This document shows, piece after piece, positions 1 to 6,274 of a DNA stretch of 10,209 nt. Made by a program: the position numbers and the translations under genes. The notes under the pieces were generated by a model, which did not search any database, was not told the origin of the DNA, and worked only from the letters and a program-made list of their open reading frames with translations. Each line of letters starts with the position of its first letter. Positions within the stretch are counted from its first letter, which is position 1. The stretch spans positions 1 through 10,209 of the forward strand of contig JASFEA010000117.1 of NCBI GenBank assembly GCA_050125095.1, given 5' to 3'. Source of the DNA: a bacterium (GTDB lineage: Bacteria > Arandabacterota > Arandabacteria > Arandabacterales > JALGWA01).

Positions 1-1
1 G

Positions 2-1150
2 GATGAGATAGACGCGATTGTCGACTTCGTCAGAGCCGGCGGCGGTCTCTTTCTGATCGGGGACCATGACAACCTCTTCGGCATGACAGTCTATCTCAAT
101 GCCATCGCGGAAAGGTTCGGGACTCGGTTCCGGTGCGACGACACCTTCGACCTGGCGACGGGCGGTTTCTCGAGGCATACCGGCATGGGTTTCTGGACGC
201 ATCCGGCGGTGAAAGGCGTTGAGGGGTTCAGGTTCCTCACGTCATGCACGATCGAGGGTGGCTTAGGGGTCGAGCCCGTTATGCTCGGACTCGGGCTCGG
301 CAGCGAGGACGCCGACTACGGCCACCCCAATTTCTTCGGCAACATCTCCTATGACCTCGCCGACAGGTTCGGCGTATTTCTGCAGGCCGCGGCGGTGCGC
401 TTCGGCCGGGGAAAAGTGCTTCTCTTTACAGACAGCACCTGCTTCTCCAACTTCTGTATGTTCAGCCCCGGCACCCCCGAGCTCGCGCTCAGCCTTGTCG
501 GGTTTCTGGCGGGTGGGCGGGGCGACACGCGATTATCTCAATCGGTGATAGTCGATACGACCCACTCGAAAGCCTCCTTCTTCGACTATATGGGCTCGGG
601 TATGAGGCCCCCGTGGCAGCGCTTCGAGGAGTTCTACATGTCATTCATGCGTGTGGGGATGCGGCCCCGGGCGGGGGATCTTGAGGATATCAATATGCCG
701 AAGGCGTCGCATCTCGTGTTCGTGAATCCGCGGCGGTCGTTTGGCGCCGGGGAAGTCGAGCTCATTGTAGGTTTCGTAGCGGCCGGCGGCCGGCTACTCG
801 TTCTTGACGGCGCGTTGAATCATGGGTCGGCGGCCAATGAAGTGCTGCAGGCCTTCGGCATGGGGATTGTGGTAAGGCCGGGGGCAGGGGGCGGTTCCGG
901 GGGAGACCCTGCACCGCCCTTCCTGACCCCGGTCCTGGAGGTTGCGGGTGGCGAAATCCTGGCCGCCGACCCGGCGGGGCGCATAGTGGCGGCTAGGGCC
1001 GCCTTCGGGGCGGGCGCCGTGGTGGCCGCCGTGGATTCATATACCTACTCGGAGGTCGGCCTCGGGAGACCCCTTCGGCCGGCACATGCTTATGAAGGGT
1101 GCGCTCCCCGCTACAGGGCTCTATTCGACCTCCTGGGGCACCTCAGGTGA
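2..1150 (+). CDS. 5'-truncated protein with two tandem class-I glutamine amidotransferase-like (DUF4350 / GldG / IFT52-type) domains
   Basis: The frame of ORF 83..1150 is open back to position 2 (DEIDAIVDFVRAGGGLFLIGDHDNLFGM...), so the true start lies outside the window. The signature E-x-x-x-I-x-x-F-V-x-x-G-G-x-L occurs twice: EIDAIVDFVRAGGGLFLIGDH...LNAIAERFG and EVELIVGFVAAGGRLLVLDG...ANEVLQAFG. Each is followed by a similar element (FGRGKVLLFTDS / FGAGAVVAAVDS). Confidence 0.7.
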   Translation, partial: DEIDAIVDFVRAGGGLFLIGDHDNLFGMTVYLNAIAERFGTRFRCDDTFDLATGGFSRHTGMGFWTHPAVKGVEGFRFLTSCTIEGGLGVEPVMLGLGLGSEDADYGHPNFFGNISYDLADRFGVFLQAAAVRFGRGKVLLFTDSTCFSNFCMFSPGTPELALSLVGFLAGGRGDTRLSQSVIVDTTHSKASFFDYMGSGMRPPWQRFEEFYMSFMRVGMRPRAGDLEDINMPKASHLVFVNPRRSFGAGEVELIVGFVAAGGRLLVLDGALNHGSAANEVLQAFGMGIVVRPGAGGGSGGDPAPPFLTPVLEVAGGEILAADPAGRIVAARAAFGAGAVVAAVDSYTYSEVGLGRPLRPAHAYEGCAPRYRALFDLLGHLR

Positions 1151-1158
1151 GTCCATGT

Positions 1159-1263
1159 GGCGGTGATGCCACTGGAGGCGATGCCACTGGAGGCGATGCC
1201 ACTGGAGGTGATGCCACTGGAGGTGACGCCACTGGAGATGATGCCACTGGCGGTGACGCCATG
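1159..1263. repeat. Tandem repeat, 7 x 15 bp, consensus GGAGGTGATGCCACT
   Basis: Units start at 1159, 1174, 1189, 1204, 1219, 1234 and 1249: ggcggtgatgccact, ggaggcgatgccact (x2), ggaggtgatgccact, ggaggtgacgccact, ggagatgatgccact, ggcggtgacgccatg. Confidence 0.97.
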
Positions 1264-1349
1264 GGCAGGATGGTACCATGGGCAGCAGGGCGTCAGGAGG
1301 GTGCATCTTCCCTTATTCTCAGGCACTTCTGGCTCCGGTTACGGCATCA

Positions 1350-1391
1350 CTATTGTGGATCCCGGGACCTGACTCCAAAAGACCTCACCCC
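1350..1391 (-). repeat. Degenerate and partial copies of the dispersed REP-like repeat
   Basis: ctattgtggatcccgggacctgactcc (1350-1376) aligns without gaps to ctattgtgcatttcaagacctgacccc (1406-1432). aagacctcacccc (1379-1391) is a half copy. Confidence 0.7.
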
Positions 1392-1408
1392 ATAAGAAAA
1401 TTGGGCTA

Positions 1409-1432
1409 TTGTGCATTTCAAGACCTGACCCC
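1409..1432 (-). repeat. Dispersed 24-bp REP-like intergenic repeat (reverse orientation)
   Basis: The reverse complement of ttgtgcatttcaagacctgacccc is GGGGTCAGGTCTTGAAATGCACAA, one mismatch from the copies at 3884 and 6148. Confidence 0.92.
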
Positions 1433-1457
1433 TCGAAATACTTCTGATCCCACTGAC

Positions 1458-1486
1458 TTGACGTATTTAGCGACCTATGGTAAGCT
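1458..1486 (+). promoter_or_regulatory. Putative sigma70 promoter for the M6 protease gene
   Basis: TTGACG (1458-1463), 17-nt spacer, TAAGCT (1481-1486), with an extended -10 TGn (tgg) immediately upstream. It lies in an AT-richer patch. Confidence 0.6.
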
Positions 1487-1718
1487 CATACTAAGCAGAT
1501 TTGTGCAAGACAGCCTCGCTGTTATTACGCCGGCGCATGGAAGTCGCTTTCGGGCCGGGCTGGGAGCCTCCGTAAGCCGGAGCGAGGTGGTCGTATTCTA
1601 GCCGCCCCGTCCGCTGGTGGCTGCCATGCCCTTCCTGTCCACGGCTTCGTTGTGCCCAGACGTCCGTTTGCCCGGGGGGTCAACGCCGTTGCCAGACCCG
1701 GGAGGAGGGATTGGACCG

Positions 1719-3878
1719 ATGAAGACCATGCTTGCCGTATTCGTATTGGGCGCGTTGATTGCGCTTACCGCACTGCAGGCTTATGCTATGCCCCTGTCAC
1801 CCAAGGCCTTGGAGAAAGCCCGCAAAGAGGGGGCACCCTTGTCGGACGAGCTTCTCGCCCCGCCCCCGCCATATGTGAACGCGCCGGGGCCGATCCCGCC
1901 CCTGGGGCATTCGGGAGCGTACAAGGCGCTTGTCATATGCATAGCCTTTACGGATTCGGGTTATACCTATTCGACCTCGTCATTCGACAACATGGTATTC
2001 GGGCCGTGGGGCACGGGCTCCATCAACGACTATTATACCGAGATATCCTACGGCAACCTCACGCTTTCGGGCAACACTTACGGCTGGTACACCGCGAGCC
2101 AGGGTCGCGACTACTACGGCGATAACCAGAAGGGCTGGGGAGCGTATCCCAAGAATGCCGCCAAGCTCGTGGAGGAGGCCGTTGACGCCGCCGAGACCGC
2201 CGGCTGCAACTTCGCGCTATATGATAATGACGGCGACGGTGAAGTCGAGTCCATGTGGATCGTTCACTCGCATGAGGGCTGCGAGACTAGCCTTAACTCG
2301 AACGACATCCAGAGCCACAAGGCCAAGATCAGCCAGATGGGCGGCACGGCCAGGGTCTATGACGGGGTCACCATCGACACATATATGTGCGTTCCCGAGC
2401 TCCAGTCGACGGCTCCGCTCCAGCATGTCCAGATCGGCGTCTATTGCCACGAGTACGGCCATGCGCTCGGGCTTCCGGACCTCTACGACGTCGGCCGCTA
2501 CTGCACGGGTACCATGGGATGGGGCATCGGCGCCTGGGGGCTCATGTCCTTCGGCGGCTGGGGCGGCGACGTGGTGACGCCTTCGAGCCCGTCGCATATG
2601 TCCTGCTGGTCAAAAATTCAGATGGGGTGGATCAACCCGTCCAGGGTGACCATGTCGTCCGGAACCAATATCACCCTCTGGCGTGCGGAGGACTATCCCC
2701 ATGCGTGGAAGGTAGGCATGGACATGCAGCACACCGAGTACTTCCTCGTCGAGATGCGGGACTCGGCATACGGTTTCGATAAGAGCCTTATAAAGAGCGG
2801 CGTGCTCATATATCACGTGGACGACGACCAGTACATGGAAAACGACTGTGAGAACGGCACCGGCTGCCCGAGTAACTACCATCTCATGGTCGCGCTCGAG
2901 CAGCCCGATAACAGCTACGATCTTGACTGCGGGGCCACGGGGAACTACGGCGACAGGGGCGACATGTACCCGTACGGCACGGTAGACTCCTTCGACCCGA
3001 CCACTTCGCCGAGCTCTTACACCAATGAAGGCACCAACACGGGCGTCTATATAAGCAACATCAACCCGGCGTCCAATCGCCTGTTCGCCGACATGTTCAT
3101 AATGGGCAAACCGCTTCATCCACAATGCGTATATGATGACGGCTATTACAACATCATGTACAGGTGGAGCACCAATGACGCCGGCTTCGCCGTGAAGTGC
3201 ACCCCCGCAAAATACCCGTGCGAAGTGCGGGGGCTCCGCATCATGATCGGCGACGCGTACTACCCGCACTTCCAGTGGAGAATCTGGGACGACAGCGGGT
3301 CGGGCGGCACGCCGGGAAGCCCGCTCACGCCGGTGCACACAGTGAATCCCGCGACCGTGAGCGAATGGGTGTACTGCGACGCGACGGGCGATACCGTGAT
3401 CGTCGACTCGGGAAGTTTCTGGGCGGTATACATCGAGTACAATAACTCCCAGATCTATACGGACAATGACTCGCCATGGTCGGGACGCACCATGACGTAT
3501 TACCTGGGGAACTTCTTTGTGGACAACGGCGCCTACGGCAATTACATGATACGCGCGGTGTACGATACGCTTGTCTGCGCCGGAGTGCCGGAGACGCCTG
3601 CGCCTGATGTCGTGGCGCTCGTGAGCCCGAACCCGTTCAGGGAAGAGACGGCTCTATCATTCGCGCTAGACCGCACGACGCACGTGGCCGTTATCGTCTA
3701 TGACATAAAGGGGCGGCGCATCAAGGAGCTCGCCCGCGGGCCGTTTGAGGCCGGGCGGCACTCGGTCGTATGGGACGGCACCGACGCGCGCGGCAATCCC
3801 GTGTGTTCGGGCATATACTTCTACAGGTTCATAACGCCCGTTAAGGCCCGGACCGGCAAGGTGACGCTGTTGAGATAA
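1719..3878 (+). CDS. Secreted M6 family (immune inhibitor A-like) zinc metalloprotease with C-terminal FlgD-Ig / T9SS-type sorting domain, 719 aa
   Basis: Start reassigned to ATG 1719, with SD GGAGGAGG at 1701-1708 and signal peptide MKTMLAVFVLGALIALTALQAYA|MP. M6 motifs: GSINDYYTEISYG, YDNDGDGEVE, GVYCHEYGHALGLPDLYD (HExxH at 2448), WGLMSFGGW (Met-turn), PSHMSCWSKIQMGWI, EYFLVEMR, GVLIYHVD. A YDDG-starting beta domain follows, then the CTD at 3621-3878 (SPNPF...VYDIKGRRIK...WDGTD...SGIYFYR...GKVTLLR). Confidence 0.93.
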   Translation: MKTMLAVFVLGALIALTALQAYAMPLSPKALEKARKEGAPLSDELLAPPPPYVNAPGPIPPLGHSGAYKALVICIAFTDSGYTYSTSSFDNMVFGPWGTGSINDYYTEISYGNLTLSGNTYGWYTASQGRDYYGDNQKGWGAYPKNAAKLVEEAVDAAETAGCNFALYDNDGDGEVESMWIVHSHEGCETSLNSNDIQSHKAKISQMGGTARVYDGVTIDTYMCVPELQSTAPLQHVQIGVYCHEYGHALGLPDLYDVGRYCTGTMGWGIGAWGLMSFGGWGGDVVTPSSPSHMSCWSKIQMGWINPSRVTMSSGTNITLWRAEDYPHAWKVGMDMQHTEYFLVEMRDSAYGFDKSLIKSGVLIYHVDDDQYMENDCENGTGCPSNYHLMVALEQPDNSYDLDCGATGNYGDRGDMYPYGTVDSFDPTTSPSSYTNEGTNTGVYISNINPASNRLFADMFIMGKPLHPQCVYDDGYYNIMYRWSTNDAGFAVKCTPAKYPCEVRGLRIMIGDAYYPHFQWRIWDDSGSGGTPGSPLTPVHTVNPATVSEWVYCDATGDTVIVDSGSFWAVYIEYNNSQIYTDNDSPWSGRTMTYYLGNFFVDNGAYGNYMIRAVYDTLVCAGVPETPAPDVVALVSPNPFREETALSFALDRTTHVAVIVYDIKGRRIKELARGPFEAGRHSVVWDGTDARGNPVCSGIYFYRFITPVKARTGKVTLLR

Positions 3879-3883
3879 TATCC

Positions 3884-3937
3884 GGGGTCAGGTCTTAAAA
3901 TGCACAACTGACCTGGGGTCAGGTCTTGAAATGCACA
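3884..3937 (+). repeat. Two direct copies of the dispersed REP-like repeat (31-bp period)
   Basis: ggggtcaggtcttaaaatgcacaa (3884-3907) and ggggtcaggtcttgaaatgcaca (3915-3937). The intervening ctgacct is complementary to the ggtcag core of either copy. Confidence 0.93.
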
Positions 3938-3950
3938 TGGGAGCGGACGC

Positions 3951-6140
3951 ATGAGAACCATGCTGCTGATTCTATCCTGTCTCATCGTCCTATTGGCAAC
4001 GCAGTCACAGGCAGGACACAATTTCGATGGGAAGGTCGCGGTTCATGTCTTACCGCATGAGGACAGGACCTGCTCCAAGGCTTTCCCGGTCATCTCCTAC
4101 TGCGGAGAGATAATCACCACCTATGAGGGATGCGGGGACATCGATTTCTTCCCTGTGTTTTTCAATCTCAATGGTTATACGGGCATGAACTACGGGATGA
4201 TATGGCCAGGGTCGGGCAGCTGCCTCTTCACTTCCTGCAGCGATTTTAAGATAGGTGACTTTACGTGGTCCGGCGGCGGCATGGCCCAGGTCTGGGGGGA
4301 GTGCCAGGGCGGTCCCGTCGGCATCCCGGGATGGGGCTGGATATCCTGCGACGAGCCCGGGCAAATCTGTGTTGTCGAGCACCCGGAGAATTATGTCCTC
4401 AGTGTGGCGGACTGCCTGTATCAGGAGGATGAAATGAGGAAGTCCTTCTGTGCGGGTGTCTGCGGGGCTGGGGGGATGGACCCGTGTGAAGAGTTACCGC
4501 CGTACACGGCCCTTCCAGTCGAAATCGCCTCTGGCGTTGGAGGAGAATGCATCGTCGTTGGGAATGACATAACATACACGATTCAGTACGAGAATCCGAA
4601 TCCAGGGCCCGTAAGCGGTGTTGTGCTGACAGCATCCTACTCTCCCCACACAGTCTTTCGGAATGCGAGCGGTCATGGTCAGAGGATCGGGGACTACGTG
4701 AGGTGGGATGTCGGCAACCTGGCCATCGGCCAGATGGGGTCGGCTAATTTCACCGTTCGGGTCAGTGAAGATGCACCATTGGGTGCCCTGCTAGGGGCCT
4801 CAGCTTTGATTGAGTGCATCGAGGTGCCCGACGGCACGGCAGGGGACACCACCATGGTGTGCCTTGAGGAGTTCGCACCGCTCGGACTCGATATCACCCC
4901 CGACGTGGGCGAAGGTTGCGCCTTTGTCGGAGACGACATGACGTACACGATTTCGTACGGCAACTCAAATCCGGGCGCCGTGAATAACGTCCTGCTCTGG
5001 GCGTTCTTTTCACCGCATACTATTTTCCAGAGCGCAAGCGGTAATGGCCGGGAAATCTATGGGAACCGGGTGGAGTGGAATTTGGGCAGACTGGTTGCTG
5101 GCGAGGCGGACTCGGCCCATTTCACGGTTCGCGTCAAGCAGGTCACAATGCCGGGCACGCCTTTGCCGGTCTCAGCCACAATAAAATGTAGCGAGGCTCC
5201 AGACGGCAGTGCTGCGGGAACCACTATGGTATGCGTTGATGAGTTGGCGCCCCTGGGGCTTGTAAAGGATGACGGCATTGGAGACGACGGATTCGCCATC
5301 GTCGGGGACTATATCACGTATAAGATCAGGTTCGACAATCACGGGAATGCCTCGGAGGTTTGTAATGTAAGAGTAGTGGACGACCTCGGGGATAAATTGG
5401 CTTTCGTGTCGGCTTCCGACGATGGCGTTTATGACCCAGGCCCCGGGACCGTCACCTGGGACACTGGAACGCTTTCGGGCGGCGCGAGTGACAGCGTGGT
5501 ACTAACCACGGCCGTGAGGTATGAAGCATATGACCGCGAGGAGATCATAAACTCATGTTCTGTGAAGGGAGACGAGACCCGTACGACGAGGGTTAATGAA
5601 CGCACCGAGGTTCTGCATGCCAAGGTGGCTCTTTATGTGCGGCCGCATGCTTACTGGCATAAGTGTGGCCAGGATATCCCACCTCTGGAAAGATGCCAAG
5701 ATATTCGCCATTTCGACCACTCATGCGACGTGACGGTATACCCCGTGTTCTTCGATATCAAGGGAGTGCAGGGCCTCGAGTACTCCATGGTATGGCCGGT
5801 TGGCTGGGGTAGCTGTACATTTATGAGCTGCAGCGACGCTACAATCGGGGATATAGCCTACCCGGGGGACCAGGTGGTGCAGATCTGGAACGAATGCCAG
5901 CAGCAGGACCTCTTCATCCCGGCGGTGTGCCACGTAATGGGAACGGGACCCGGGTTGATACGTGTGGAAGAAAACTGGGGTTCGGGCATGGTCGGCATCA
6001 CAACATGCAGAGGAAACAAATACAACGTCTTGGATAGATACCCCGGGGGCGTTTGCGGTGAGTATGTCAGACCGGCCTGTGGCGGACCGGCCAATGTAGA
6101 ACCCGTGACCTGGGGCAGGCTTAAGGCCATGTTCCGGTAG
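3951..6140 (+). CDS. Secreted Cys-rich protein with three DUF11-like (Ig-like) repeats, a duplicated N-/C-terminal domain and a C-terminal TWGRLKAMFR motif, 729 aa
   Basis: Signal peptide MRTMLLILSCLIVLLATQSQA|G and weak SD GGGAG at ~3939-3943. DUF11-like repeats: VGNDITYTIQYEN...VRWDVGNL, VGDDMTYTISYGN...VEWNLGRL and VGDYITYKIRFDN...NVRVVDDL...FVSAS...VTWDTGTL (~4510-5610). Homologous Cys-rich domains lie at ~4032-4487 and ~5622-6086. Confidence 0.88.
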   Translation: MRTMLLILSCLIVLLATQSQAGHNFDGKVAVHVLPHEDRTCSKAFPVISYCGEIITTYEGCGDIDFFPVFFNLNGYTGMNYGMIWPGSGSCLFTSCSDFKIGDFTWSGGGMAQVWGECQGGPVGIPGWGWISCDEPGQICVVEHPENYVLSVADCLYQEDEMRKSFCAGVCGAGGMDPCEELPPYTALPVEIASGVGGECIVVGNDITYTIQYENPNPGPVSGVVLTASYSPHTVFRNASGHGQRIGDYVRWDVGNLAIGQMGSANFTVRVSEDAPLGALLGASALIECIEVPDGTAGDTTMVCLEEFAPLGLDITPDVGEGCAFVGDDMTYTISYGNSNPGAVNNVLLWAFFSPHTIFQSASGNGREIYGNRVEWNLGRLVAGEADSAHFTVRVKQVTMPGTPLPVSATIKCSEAPDGSAAGTTMVCVDELAPLGLVKDDGIGDDGFAIVGDYITYKIRFDNHGNASEVCNVRVVDDLGDKLAFVSASDDGVYDPGPGTVTWDTGTLSGGASDSVVLTTAVRYEAYDREEIINSCSVKGDETRTTRVNERTEVLHAKVALYVRPHAYWHKCGQDIPPLERCQDIRHFDHSCDVTVYPVFFDIKGVQGLEYSMVWPVGWGSCTFMSCSDATIGDIAYPGDQVVQIWNECQQQDLFIPAVCHVMGTGPGLIRVEENWGSGMVGITTCRGNKYNVLDRYPGGVCGEYVRPACGGPANVEPVTWGRLKAMFR

Positions 6141-6147
6141 CAATCCC

Positions 6148-6171
6148 GGGGTCAGGTCTTAAAATGCACAA
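6148..6171 (+). repeat. Dispersed 24-bp REP-like intergenic repeat
   Basis: ggggtcaggtcttaaaatgcacaa, identical to 3884-3907. It begins 7 nt after the TAG at 6140. Confidence 0.93.
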
Positions 6172-6274
6172 TGGGGCCGCAGACAGATCGCGGTTCCTGA
6201 GATATAGTATTCCTGCGGCGCCACGGCCGATTAAGGAATCATCGGTTAATGTTCTCTCGCAGGAGGTGGGAGAA

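Noticed and set aside
1159-1263. 15-bp repeat as a CRISPR array, or as support for the small ORFs 1111..1326, 1121..1306 and 1157..1372
   Set aside because: The units are contiguous with no spacers. A stop-free 15-mer opens several frames automatically, so those ORFs are not evidence of genes.
1278-1601. 107-aa ORF across the intergenic region
   Set aside because: It runs through the REP-like copies and the predicted promoter and has no protein-like features.
1617-1718. N-terminal extension of the protease from GTG 1617
   Set aside because: ATG 1719 has a strong SD and begins a typical signal peptide. The extension is Pro/Gly-rich and lacks an SD.
3884-3937. Two direct repeats as a mini-CRISPR array
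   Set aside because: The spacer is only 7 nt, other copies are dispersed singly in both orientations, and no cas genes are present in the window.
6164-6274. Start of gene 4 at ATG 6164
   Set aside because: That ATG lies inside the dispersed repeat (aaaATGcac). ATG 6275 has SD AGGAGGT at good spacing.
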